The position numbers were made by a program, and so were the translations under genes. From a virus (Duplodnaviria > Caudoviricetes): a stretch of DNA of 64,000 bases. The stretch is from positions 1 through 64,000 of IMG/VR virus record IMGVR_UViG_3300032004_000002; one strand, 5' to 3'. Shown here piece after piece: positions 38,973-51,088 of the stretch; position 1 is the first letter of the stretch; each line of letters starts with the position of its first letter. Under the pieces are notes generated by a model, which worked only from the letters and a program-made list of their open reading frames with translations, had not been told where the DNA came from and made no database searches.

Positions 38973-41900
38973 ATGACACACTATAAAGCTGATAGTACAA
39001 ACGATTTGGCAGATACATTTGCAATCCAATTGAAATCTCTTTGGTCTTTTGCAAACTATCTTGGCTACGAGTTTACATCTCTTGGGATAGACGGAGCGAA
39101 ACCAAATTCTTTCTTCTATTCTGGATACAAGAAGGATGTTCCGTTTAAGTCTTGCGAAGTGATTAATTTTATGACAATGGTCAAGCTGCATAATACTTCT
39201 TGGGTACACAGCTCCCGCTACGCGGGACATCTATTTCCATACCCTGGAGGCGTACACACAGCTACAACGGGACAACCTTTGCGACTAGACTCAAATTCTC
39301 CATTTCATGTGGATGCTTATACGCTTAATAAAGCTCAAGCGGCAAAGATCGTCACTCAAGTGTATCTAAACGGTGGTAAAGGCGGTGTGAGTTGCTATCG
39401 TGATCTAGTGAAATTTGTAGATCCTGTGTATGAACAGCTTTTCTTGAGTCCAATAATTGAGCAAACAAAAGAGAGTCAAGACTACGTTGCAAAACATATC
39501 TCAAATCTTTATGAGGAGTAATAAAATGTTTAAATGGCTTAAAGATTGGTGGCAAGAGTGCGAACAACACAATACAGACCTACATTTTAAGTGTGATGTA
39601 CCAATGCCTGAAGTGAAGCCTTGTAAGGGGAGTAATATATCAGAGCCTGTCCATGCAATGCTGAAAGCTTGGAAAGATAACCCAAAACGGTTTAAATTGA
39701 GCTTGGATAAGAGCATTACCAGTTTGTGGAGCGATTCTATTAAATTTAAATACCACTCGTATTACAGCAATCCAGAAACAGAACTTACTATAACAGATAG
39801 GGAGGGTAAAGAAACTTTTCGCTTTACCTTGTCCCTAACTTCTGGATCGTGTGCAGATGGATACAAGCTTGGATATTATAAATTTATAAGTTTTGCAAAC
39901 CATCGGATTTATCCGGTACTAGGCTCTAGTGTCATATCTAAACCTGCGTGGATGACAGACGACGAAATGGACTACATCATCAAAACTGTAACACCTTACT
40001 ATCTGAAACGTGTGAATCGTTACCGGGATATCATAGAATCTCGTATGGACCGCTCACGTAAGGCTAGTGAATTGAAATCAGAAATTACCAAACAGAAAGA
40101 ACGCCAACGTTTGTGTGAGATTTACAAATGACAGACATTACCAACACAGAAGAGTTTGAACAAATCCCAGAAGAGCTTATCGACCGAATTCAAGCAATTC
40201 GGGACAAGGCCACTGAGAACATTCACAAGGAAGCAGAGCAAAATGCGATAGACGGTGATTATATTCCTGTGAATCAGAGACAAAGGATCTTTACAAGTCT
40301 TCAAGACATGCTATCCTATATTCAAGTGTTTAAGATTGAGAGTGCAAGTTTTCAATCAGGATATCAAAGGATGGAAGATGGTAGTACAGGCAGTAAGAAG
40401 ATTTATCAAATTACACATCATTGTGTTAATGATTGAGGAGAAGAGAAATGAAAGATTTGAATGTACCAGAACGATACACGTGTGAAGATGCTACAGAACA
40501 GGATAAAAATATTTATACATATTACAAAGAGGTACTTGCTAAACTGTCCGAGGATGTCGATCCTTGTGTAATTGACATGTATGGTAATATTATCTGGAAA
40601 GGCAAGAAGGGAGATGTGTTCGATATTAGTACACTCTCTAAGAGGGTTAAATAATGGACGCACAGTCGCAACTTAAAGCTCTACAACAAATCCTAGACAC
40701 TTTGCACATCGCATCGTCCAGGCAAACAGACGAATCGTTCCGTAAAGATGGTAATAAACACTTCACAACAGCTATTCAGAACACAAAGAAGCTTATGAAA
40801 GAACTAGAATTGGAACAAACATTCAATCTGAATCTAGAAGCCAAAGATTTTAGTGATCTTTATGGACATAGTTTGGGTTTGAGTAATATTTAATAGGAGA
40901 TACTATCATGGCTAAAGAAAAGATTTTACCAATGCTTAATTCCGAGCGTAAAGAGCTTCTTGATAAAATCCAAAAACTCAAACAAGAGAAAGATGCGCTG
41001 TATGCAGCCACTCTTAGACGTGTGAATGGGATCGTGGTGACTGCACCATATCTGTCAACAGAGGCTAAGACAATGTTGTTGGAATCTATTTGGAGTGAAA
41101 AAGTATGAGCGGCTATTTCGTAGGACTAATTGTCTGGTGGAGTCTTGTCATTATCTGCCTAACGTATATCTACTTTGAAGGAGAAGAATAGTATGTTTAT
41201 ATTCACGTATTTATCTATTGCTGTGTTAGTGATGTATGTAACGGCTGTTGGTTGTTATGTATGCAAGAAGAAATTCAACTTAATCACTAATGCTATTGCA
41301 GCTATCCTCTGGCCCTTGGCCATTCCTATCACTATCTATGAAGTGCTGCACGAAACAAAGGATTATCCACTGTGAAAATAATCAAAACAAGAATTGATGG
41401 ACTAAAACGTATATATTATCTGCAAGAGAATGGACAAAAGCTCAATGATATCCGCTTTATCCAATATGCAGATGATACAGGGATTTACACAGTGAACAAA
41501 AAGGATGGGGATTATTTCACATTCCTCCCTCCCAATAATTCTTACATGAGCTTGGCTAAGATTATTGAAAAAGGATACGTTGTTCTGCTGATAGACTAAC
41601 AATAATGTAATATCACCCTAGACTTGTGTCTAGAAGGCTACAACACATGAAAATCTTAATGAAAACGTCTATTTTGATGCTGATTTTAACCCAAGGATGT
41701 GGTGTAACGAATGTAAAGCAGCCAACGTATTTATCTTCTAAACAAGAGGCTTGGAAGAGTGAAATCCTTGGGAAATGTGTAGACAAGGCTCATGAATTGA
41801 CGTATCTTGTATGGCAAGACAATAAATTTCTAGATGTTGAGCAACTGACTTATATAGAAAAGCGTTTTCAAGATAAATGTGTTGTACAAAATAATTTGGC

Positions 41901-44900
41901 TATTTGATCAGGAGAATGATGATGACTACAGAAGAACTTAAAAAGAAGAAAGCACAAAGCCTTAAAGCTCTAGAAAAGTATGAAAAACTTAAACAAGAGG
42001 TTAAGGATAACTGTCACCATCCAGAGGAGGAGACTATCTCAAGAGAAAGGTACTGGGAAGGAAGTTATAATGACAGGGCACACACTGTTTATTGGAATGA
42101 ATGTATGATTTGTGGTGTTCGTTCTGAAGAAACTGTTAAACAACACTCTTGGTATGGTTGAGGGGTATTTATGACTACTATATTTCTGCTCTACGAACAC
42201 TTCACTGGAACAATCAGTGGTCGAGATTCCACTTTGCTGGATATCTACACAGACTTCAAGAAAGCTGAAGATGCTCGTGTTGGATTGGAGTGTTACAAAG
42301 AACACGCATGGCTGTCGTACGAGGTAGTAGAATGGACGCTCAAGGATTAATCAGACAACTGTGTATTGATAATAATATCTCAGACACACAAGACGATATA
42401 AGTCGTATGGCTGTAAGGATTACACAAATGTGTGGAGAGTCCATCGAATATGGTACACTAGATTCTGTACAAAGATGTCTTGTAAATCTTGTTAGAAATA
42501 AAGTGATATCCATATCTGAAGCCATGCAATTACACGGAAAATATTTAGAGGAGAGAAGAAATGAATCTGGTGAAAGAACGACTATCATGGCACAAAGAGT
42601 TTGAGTGGGGTGGAACTCCTTGGTGGCCTATGTATGAAGAATACATAGAAAATCGTATGTCAGAGATGTGGCGTTCTTCTAGACCATCGGAAAGGTTCTT
42701 TGAATATGTCTATTGGTTGGAGGGGAAGGTAAATGATCAACAAAGAATTAGCTGAAAAACAACAACTAACACCAGATACAATCACAGCAATTGAAGTGTT
42801 GCACACACAACTTAAAGCTTTCCTTGCACGTCCTACGATGTATGTTGAAGAAAAAGATGCTGCAAGAATTGTTGAAGGAATGGAGTACACACTTCAATTC
42901 TTATGGGGTTTTCCACTTGATCGAAGTTTTCATAGGTATTACAATAAAGTTAAGGGGTGCCTGTGTAGGGCTGAGATGGATAACCTAGAGCTTTATGGTT
43001 CTGGTTATCGTGTGATTAATCCACAATGTCCATTTCATGGAGAACAGCATGACTAAAGTATACAACTACGACGAATACTTGTTAAAAGACTTCATCAAAT
43101 TCTGCTCAGATAAACACAAAGCTTGTATTGTTGAGTTCCCTAATGAATTCACACAAGATCAATATATTAATTACAGGTTTGTGAACAATAGCCATCTCAT
43201 TGAAGAGTTTTTGGCTTATCGGGAGGATGAGGAATGAGTGAATTAAAAAATGAGAATATTGGATTGATTATCGTAGCTTTGCTTGCTGTTATCATAGTAG
43301 GCGGAGTATTTATTGCAAAGACAATTATCAATAGACCAGATAATGACAAGAATATACAAGAAACCATAAAGTGTGAGAAGGCTGGTATGGTGGCAAGGCT
43401 TACACAAGGAGATTATATTGTTTGTACTCCTAAATCACAAAGACTGAGGTTTTTAGAATGAAACCACAAGTTCCAAAACCACCACCGATGAGAGCACTCA
43501 AGGGCTACGAGTGGGTTAATGAATGGGAACTTGTAGACTGGTATACAAATATGCAGATGCTTTATCCGCACCCGCAAAAGAAACTTAATTGGTTTGAGAA
43601 GTTGTTTAAGAAAGATTATCAAATTAAACTTGAACATAGTTTGACTAGGAATCGAATGATGTGTACGGAGTGGCCCAGATGAACAAAGACATACGTTACC
43701 TCCTACACGAGATGGTGAGCCATTTATATCTTGCACAATTAAAGCTCAATAAGCTTGAAGAGCTGGGATATAAACAACGTAATATGGACAGAGAGCTTGG
43801 GAATATTATTGATAGTGTTCTTGAGAGGATTGAGGTGATGGATAGTGGAGAAGTGGAATGACATACTACCAAGCTGTATACCAAACAGATTCACATGGAT
43901 TCAACACCGTGTATTCTAAGAATATCTGGAAGACTGAGGAGGAAGCTTTGGAATACTTGGATGAGATGAATAAGCTTATGCCTGGGTATATTTATTCAAG
44001 TTGGGTGGAAAGCTTATTTGTGGATGATGGGGAGTAGTGTATGTACACAGCAGATGATGTAAAGATTTATATTAATGGACATGAATTTACATGGGCTGAT
44101 GACGAACGTTTAAGCCTTGATAAACAAAAATCAATAACCCTAGACTGCTCAGAGGATTTCTGGGATACAGTATGGGGTGAAGATGTCACCAAAGAAAGAA
44201 AACGTTCTGAAAAACCTTGGTATAGAAAAGAGAGGTGGTGATGGGATATCAGAAATCAGGGTGGTTTGATGGGTTATTGTTTGCTGAATACCTGTCTGCT
44301 CAAGGTTGGACATTTGTATGTGTGAATGAATCAAAAGGATTAGCTGCTTGGAAGTGGGAGGATACAGATGGAATGCAGACAGTATTTGGAGAGGCTGAGT
44401 GGCTAGATGGGGTGAGGGATTACTATAAGAATATGAAGGAGATAATTTGACTTGAGCAAGAAAGAAATACCAGATTACACACAAGAACTACATGCACGGG
44501 TAGAAGCTAACGCTGATGCCCTTGTAGCTATTGGTGTTAAAGAATGGATGAGACAACGGAGGAAGAAAGCCAACATGACTGAACTAGAACAGAAAGAAGC
44601 TGTAAGAAAACTTGAGGAGAAACTAATAGATGACAAGGGGCCGTAAGCCTGTGGTGTTAGTGAACGACATCAAAGAAGAGTTCTGTGAACATTGGTATGG
44701 GAAGGATGAACCAGATACTTGGCCTGTGTGGATTGATGATATTGTGTCGGGTATTGCACGTCTAGATTGGTATGGGGATAAACCTAATCAAATACCACTG
44801 GCTACCACAAACATCATTAAATGCTTTATTTTCTTAGATGAAATATCCACTGATAATGTAATGAACCTTCTTGACCTTAAGAAGAGTCAAGCAAAGCTTT

Positions 44901-45052
44901 ATGTGAAAGCCTGCACACTCTGCTATAGGTTCTTAAAGAGGTCATTGGAAGATATAGAAATTCTCAGAGTGAAATATCCTAGGCAAAGTATTGTAAGTGA
45001 ACAACAGGGGATTGATCTCGGGTATGAATATCAGAATAGGGCATTGATTTAA
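38973..45052 (+). other. block of about 25 small hypothetical ORFs
   Basis: Dense, coupled ORFs on the + strand; none recognised. Confidence 0.7.
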
Positions 45053-45087
45053 TTAAGCCGGTATAATATATAGAGGGAATTGTAAAG

Positions 45088-46242
45088 ATGGAAGAAGAGT
45101 GGAAACAATTAGAAGGTTATTCATTATACTTGATTTCTAACACAGGTAAGATAAAAGAAGTAGCAACGGAAAGATTACTGCCTCAAACAGTCAATGGTGG
45201 GTTTTGGTGCAGTAATCTACATAGAGATGATGGTGTAAAGGAGCTTGCTAAAGTTCACAGACTTGTTGCCACATTGTTTGTACCGAACGAATTTAATGCT
45301 AATCGTGTGGGACACAAAGAAGATCGTCTAGACAACACGTATACCAACTTAGAGTGGAAACCTAAAAGAGTAAAGGAGGTAATAGAAAAAGAAATTAAAA
45401 CCCTAACTCACTTGGGAAGAACTTACACTTATGCGGAATTCTGTGAGGCTGCTAAGTGTGAAATATCAACACTGCGGTCAAGATTAAATAGTGGTTGGAC
45501 CGTGAGAGAATGTTTTATAGGTGTTAAAGATTTTAAAGGTCAAGGCTACCAAGATGAGTATTGCTGGTATCCAACCCGACAGGAATATGAAAGTGGACAA
45601 GTACAGAGAAGACTTGAACAGAAAGTGAAGGATAAACAAGAAAAGAATAAAAGGAATGCTTTAAAGAGAGCTGAAAGGAAAGCTAAGATACATCACGGGT
45701 TTGGTATATTTGTAAACTACCCTATCAAAGGAATTGAAGGACGTAGACCTTCTAGGGCGTACTATGTGTGGCAAGGGATTATTGCTCGATGTCACAATGT
45801 TGATCACGACAGCTATGAAAGATATGGTGGAAGAGGTTGTACTGTTAGTGAAAAATGGAAGCACTTTCAAGACTTTGTTATCTGGTATCAGGAACAGCAA
45901 AAGAGAGGTATGGGGAATGCTCATGTAAACTGGCATGTGGATAAAGACATTCTGGTAGATGGTAATCTAGAGTATGGACCTGACACCTGTTGCTTTGTTC
46001 CTGATGATGTTAATATTTTCTTTGCAAGTCTTAAAGAAACAGCTAGAGGATATACAGAGTACAAGGGTAAATGGACTTCTGGAGTTTCTATTCTAGGCTC
46101 TAAAAATCAACGATGCTTTGATACAGAAGATGAAGCTCGTAATTGGTATCTGAAAGGCAAGTCAATGGCAGCCCAACTTCTTCTTTGGAAATATGAAGGA
46201 TTATTAGAGGATAGGGTTGTAAACAAACTTTCCCAAATATAG
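45088..46242 (+). mobile_element. NUMOD4-HNH homing endonuclease with a second nuclease-like domain
   Basis: WKQLEGYSLYLISNTG (NUMOD4), VHRLVA..F..H....N (HNH), then YGGRG..W..F and DKDIL..GN..YGPDTC. Confidence 0.8.
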
Positions 46243-46253
46243 TAACCACCATT

Positions 46254-46279
46254 GCCCCTCAAATGAGGGGCTTTTCTTT
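46254..46279 (+). terminator. intrinsic terminator ending the + strand block
   Basis: GCCCCTC-AAAT-GAGGGGC-TTTTCTTT. Confidence 0.85.
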
Positions 46280-46404
46280 GTCTGGAATATTGTAAGGTGT
46301 TATCCCAAATATACCACAATCCAGAGTTTTCTCATGGGTACTTAACGCTCTTAGGCCCGGCCACCTATATGTCAAGCATAATATTAAAATATCTCTCAAT
46401 CAAT

Positions 46405-46421
46405 TGGCATGGCTTATGCTA
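46405..46421 (+). promoter_or_regulatory. sigma54-like -24/-12 element
   Basis: TGGCATG-GCTT-ATGCT, GG and GC separated by 10 bp. Confidence 0.4.
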
Positions 46422-46902
46422 TAGCAAGCTTTGTACCACACAGACTAACTCATCAGAATAAATAAACCACTTGACTAAACAACTGTTCGTTGATCTAACC
46501 CTGTAATTGTAACAGACCTACCGAGAATCTATATTATGTATAGTAGCAAAATGCAACTAGCTACTAAATGAGACCATATGTCAACCATAATACTTCACTG
46601 TGTATAACTAGCACATATTACTAGGATATGTCAAGGGATTGTGTATGTGGGGTGTGTAAAGTGGCTAGTAGATGATGGTTAGGATGTTGTCTCATATAGT
46701 GGGATGGGGAGAAGTGAGAGCGGGACACTAACAAGCTTAACACACAAGGTTATCTTTATTCACTGGAAGGTAACTAAAACTACACTGATCAGTGTACATT
46801 AGAGATTACTACAGACTATGATAAACATAGCTTAGAGGATGTTTGTTAGTATCGTTGATAGTGATACTAGGAGAGAATTGTATTAATACTGCTGATAACA
46901 TA

Positions 46903-46924
46903 AAGCCACTCAAATGAGTGGCTT
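46903..46924. terminator. terminator hairpin, possibly bidirectional
   Basis: AAGCCACTC-AAAT-GAGTGGCTT. Confidence 0.75.
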
Positions 46925-47006
46925 AGATTTCCCTGCTAGGATTACTTTCTTTTATTATCTTCTTTACTCCGTTCTGACTAGGCTGTATGTCTCGTCTTGA
47001 TGGTTC

Positions 47007-47035
47007 ATTGTAAGGGTTTGGTTGACCTGTGTAAA
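47007..47035 (-). promoter_or_regulatory. sigma70 promoter TTTACA-17-TACAAT
   Basis: Fires toward the terminator at 46903 with no ORF in between. Confidence 0.55.
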
Positions 47036-47087
47036 GGGGTTTCTTACAGATTCTTACATTATTTTCAAATTCTTTTAACTATTTCTC

Positions 47088-47192
47088 TCAACCCAACACA
47101 CAAATCAACATCAATACAATTGATAGCATTCCCAAGATCATTAATCCTATCGATACACAAGCTATGAATAAATCTTCTTTGTTGATGTTCAT
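47088..47192 (-). CDS. 34-aa hydrophobic peptide
   Basis: GAGG RBS; MNINKEDLFIACVSIGLMILGMLSIVLMLICVLG. Confidence 0.5.
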   Translation of the reverse strand: MNINKEDLFIACVSIGLMILGMLSIVLMLICVLG

Positions 47193-47225
47193 GTCTATTC
47201 CTCTTATAAGCTATTGACAGAAGAA

Positions 47226-47294
47226 TTAATCTTCCCTAAAGAGAATGTAATGACAGACATAAAGCAATGAACAGATAGATAAGATAGTGAGCAT
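47226..47294 (-). CDS. 22-aa hydrophobic peptide
   Basis: GGAG RBS; MLTILSICSLLYVCHYILFRED. Confidence 0.35.
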   Translation of the reverse strand: MLTILSICSLLYVCHYILFRED

Positions 47295-47297
47295 AGT

Positions 47298-47453
47298 CTA
47301 CTCCACAATACGAAACTGAATAGGGGAGTAGTAGTTATGATCCCCCAGCATGTACCATGGCTTGACAAGAAAGCAAGGTTCTACATAGCGAAGATAGCCT
47401 AGAGAGAAATCCACCACTTCCACGATTAGATTGTTATGTTTTCTCATGTTCAT
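47298..47453 (-). CDS. 51-aa hypothetical protein
   Basis: AAGGA RBS downstream of the promoter at 47495-47522. Confidence 0.5.
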   Translation of the reverse strand: MNMRKHNNLIVEVVDFSLGYLRYVEPCFLVKPWYMLGDHNYYSPIQFRIVE

Positions 47454-47494
47454 GATGTTTATCCTTTGTTGTGTATTTGGTTTCTATGTGTTCA

Positions 47495-47522
47495 AGTATA
47501 GAGAATTGAACAACGATGTCAA
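47495..47522 (-). promoter_or_regulatory. sigma70 promoter TTGACA-16-TATACT
   Basis: Near-consensus boxes. Confidence 0.65.
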
Positions 47523-48173
47523 CATTTGTTTTCGTAGAAAACTGAAAAGAATTGAATTATTTCTCGGTATATTCTAACCCAAAATCTTCCAGTAAGCTTA
47601 TAACTTGTGAATGCTGTTCCTCTGTATCCGGAACGAAAGTAAATGGCTCGCTGCTGTGGTATGTCCAATGACAATCTGTATCCTCACTTATCATACATAC
47701 CACACATGCTGCCCCTTCTCTTTCCACTTGTACAGATCTACGATAATCTTTTTCATCTTTACTCCTCAAACACAATAGGCGAATAAGGGGCATAGTCTCC
47801 CATCATAACAAACACTCTATAATGCTCTACATACCTTGTAGATACTGCTAAGACTACAGGAGACACAGAGCCGTCAATGTTCTTTATTGTTGTGTGGATG
47901 AAGGTTTTCATTTGATTAATATTCCACAGCATTGCGGATAACATCTACTTCAAGATAGGCACCATGTTTTACACTGATACGACCAATGACAGCATCCATT
48001 TTAGCCAATTTGAGCTTCAACATAGTGTTCATTGCTTTGGTGGCTTCTTCCTTAGTAAAACCTTTCTCCATGATAATTTCAATGAAGGCATTTTCTGCAT
48101 TAACGATACGTTGGGCTGTGTGCAAGTTGCCGATCATGTCCGTCTTCCTCTGGTTGTTTGCTTTCTATGAGTA

Positions 48174-48202
48174 ATTCTATTCTCCCCACAATCCCCTGTC
48201 AA
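48174..48202 (-). promoter_or_regulatory. sigma70 promoter TTGACA-17-TAGAAT
   Basis: Intergenic, near-consensus. Confidence 0.75.
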
Positions 48203-48581
48203 GCCTTTTACGCCAGCTTTTGATAGATTGTTTGAGGGGACACATGACACAAAAAGAAAGGAGACACTAATGAAAGCTGTCTCCTTGAGAATTCTTGTTT
48301 ATTACATTCCAACCATTGCCAAACGAATGTTGGTTTTCGTGTACTTCACACCATCTGGAGTTTCTTCTCCTTGCAAATCCCACATCATACGTTCTGCTGC
48401 AAGTTCCTTTGTATCAGTTGCTTGGATGCAGTCTTGAGCCAAACGATACAAACCCTCGTCGTTGTTGATCCACAGGCTCACGTTCCAAGCGTTGTAGCTC
48501 TTGTGACCGTTGTAGGATTTAGTAGTCATGGCTTTAATCTCTTCTAGTTTGTGGGTTGCTTTTGCTTCCCTCTTGAAACCA

Positions 48582-48610
48582 ATTATGGACCTATCCCACA
48601 AGGCTGTCAA
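48582..48610 (-). promoter_or_regulatory. sigma70 promoter TTGACA-17-CATAAT
   Basis: Intergenic, near-consensus. Confidence 0.7.
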
Positions 48611-48761
48611 CAAAAGATTTAAAGAATTTCAATTGAATAAATTTATTGATTTTCAGTCGTTGATAGAGATCTCCCAATTCATTAGTGATTCATAGGCTCT
48701 TGGGTCAATTGAATCTTTATAGATATTGGCAGCCTCTTTAATCACACGCTCTTTGTTGACT

Positions 48762-48962
48762 TTATAGAATTGAAATGCTTCCGCAAACTGTACAGCGTGT
48801 ATTCCCTGCAACCAGTACGATTAAAATGTACACGGGCAGATACAACAATCCCGTAAGAAACACAAGTACAAGATTAAACAAATGACCAATCCCGCTCAAT
48901 CCTGTACGGATACCAATACGATTAGCTTTGCAGTGTTTGCAGTTTACCATGCAGTTGCTCAT
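48762..48962 (-). CDS. small membrane protein with flanking CxxC motifs (paralogue 1)
   Basis: CKHC..GLSGIGHL..TM..RCTVCG. Confidence 0.6.
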   Translation of the reverse strand: MSNCMVNCKHCKANRIGIRTGLSGIGHLFNLVLVFLTGLLYLPVYILIVLVAGNTRCTVCGSISIL

Positions 48963-49516
48963 GATTTAATCTCCATAGTCCGCAACACACTGCATATAAT
49001 CTTCATACTGACAACTATCACAAGCTGTACCTTGACCCCGATTGGGCATCACCATTGCATGGCAGCAAGAACACACAGGGAAACTTTTACCGTTGTCATC
49101 AACTTGATAGGTTTGAGGGTGGTTATAGTCATTCACACTATCGTAAAAGTAATCCTCAAAGACTTCTGCAATAGCCCGTTCCATCTCTTTGTGGTAGCGA
49201 TCTTCTAGCTGTTGTTCTTCCAACAATGATGCAGAAAGAGCATCAAGTAGTTCTTGTTCTTCCGAGTACTTCAATTCTTCATTAGTCATTTCTATATCCT
49301 CAATTAACAAGCCATTTAATTAAACACATCCCAAGCATACTCAACCCTACATACACAGTCAAGCTATTTCCCATCAATTTCTTAACATTTGATGCAGAAA
49401 ACCAAGGTAGTGCGGGCGATAAGGGATATTGTCGTTGTGGGACTCATCCTGCCGGATGTTGACAGACTCTTGATAGGATTCTTCCATGTCTTCATAGTCG
49501 TCTTCGTAATCATCCA

Positions 49517-49723
49517 TCACTTAACCCTCTTAGCAATCTTCCCACATGAGACACAGCGGGTTGTCTTACTTGTAGCTGCAATCAGAAAGTAGACAATTAT
49601 CCATGCAAAACCTGTAAGAAACACCATCACTATGTTAGCCAAGTGACCGATTCCAGACAAGCCTTGTGTAATTCCTAAACCAATGCCACACTTTGAGCAT
49701 TTACAGATTGTTTGGTTGCTCAT
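49517..49723 (-). CDS. small membrane protein with flanking CxxC motifs (paralogue 2)
   Basis: CSKC..GLSGIGHL..TM..RCVSCG. Confidence 0.6.
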   Translation of the reverse strand: MSNQTICKCSKCGIGLGITQGLSGIGHLANIVMVFLTGFAWIIVYFLIAATSKTTRCVSCGKIAKRVK

Positions 49724-50324
49724 GACTCACCATCCTTAAACTTAGCAGACAACCGCTCGAATTCTTTCTTGTCACGTTCTTCTTGCCACACTTTCATCTT
49801 AGCTTCATGGTCCACACGGATTTGATACTCTTTGTCTGTTTCTTCTTCCAATACCTTGACAAACAAGTAAGTGGTATCTTCGTAAGGATAGGAATCGTTC
49901 TCAAGCTTAGCATCTGGTCCGTAGGTGTCTTGCAGACTCTTGAGGTACTCGATAGCTTCGCCAATTGTCTTGTAATCAAGATCTACAGTTTCTTTCTGGT
50001 GCATCACTAGCTTTTTCATCTCAGTATCCTCAATTAACCAACCATGTAAAGAATAATAGCACACTCACACTAGAACACAAGAAATAAATCAAGCCCTTAA
50101 CATGAAGCGAGTCAGAGGTTAACTTCTTTTATAGATAAAATCTTGTAGCCACTGTACAATTTTTCTATCTTAGCTTTTAATCGCACATCACTAAAAGCTG
50201 TAATAATTGCGGTTGTAGTTTTGCAATCAACCCAAATTGTACGATTATCATAGATACACCAATCTTGTATCTTACTTGGTTTGTCAATAATAACTTCAAA
50301 GGTTTTCATATTTCATTTCTCCAG

Positions 50325-51026
50325 TTAAACCAATATTTTCAACAATACTAACACAACCACAGAGCTAGTCAAGAAATAAATCAAATCCCTAGGCACTTTT
50401 ATGGCCACAATCCCCTTATTTGATGCAGAAAACTGAGGTGAATTCCTACGTTCTGTGTCTACCTCTTTGTCTGACACAGATGGAGAGTTGTCGTAAGAAT
50501 TTGTGTAATATTCTTCCTCATCTTTGTCTGTAGCTCGCTGTGTGTTGATAGCCTTTTTGTATAACACTTCAGCACGTTCTTTACGAGCAAAGGCTACATT
50601 TCTTAAGATTGTGTATTCTTCAGGGCTGTATTCACCAGAACGATAGGCTTTCTCAAGCTCTAGGATTTCTGCGTTGAGTTTATCAAGTCTTGAAAGTTGT
50701 GGTATAATCCTTTGTTTTAATGGAATTTTTGTTGACTTCTTGGTTCGTACAACAGGATCGGCATAAGCAAGTAAGTTTGCCTTTCCGTTTGGTAATGTGT
50801 GGGACAAGTTCACAGTGTCATTCTCAGCATATATCTCTAATGGAACATCGTAACTATCTGTTATTTGTTTGCGGACATGCCAGTAATCCGCCCCAGAAAG
50901 GTCACGAGTAAGCATTGTAGACGGATTTTTCCACTGTCTACCATTACGGGATAGACAAGACCAGTCATCATAATCACCGACTGTAGCTGAATCACCGTAA
51001 CCTGACCGACCTTGACCTTTCCACAT
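50325..51026 (-). CDS. hypothetical protein with a C-terminal membrane anchor
   Basis: 233 aa, hydrophobic C-terminus LIYFLTSSVVVLVLLKILV. Confidence 0.55.
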   Translation of the reverse strand: MWKGQGRSGYGDSATVGDYDDWSCLSRNGRQWKNPSTMLTRDLSGADYWHVRKQITDSYDVPLEIYAENDTVNLSHTLPNGKANLLAYADPVVRTKKSTKIPLKQRIIPQLSRLDKLNAEILELEKAYRSGEYSPEEYTILRNVAFARKERAEVLYKKAINTQRATDKDEEEYYTNSYDNSPSVSDKEVDTERRNSPQFSASNKGIVAIKVPRDLIYFLTSSVVVLVLLKILV

Positions 51027-51088
51027 GTCACACCTCTAAAGCTTTTCTGTTTCTGATCTGGTGATCTTAACCTAGTGAGAGCAGGCCG

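Noticed and set aside
49387-49401. ANR/FNR or IHF site as the explanation of the 15-bp motif
   Set aside because: Only the TTGAT half-site is present (no ATCAA), and WATCAANNNNTTR is not satisfied.
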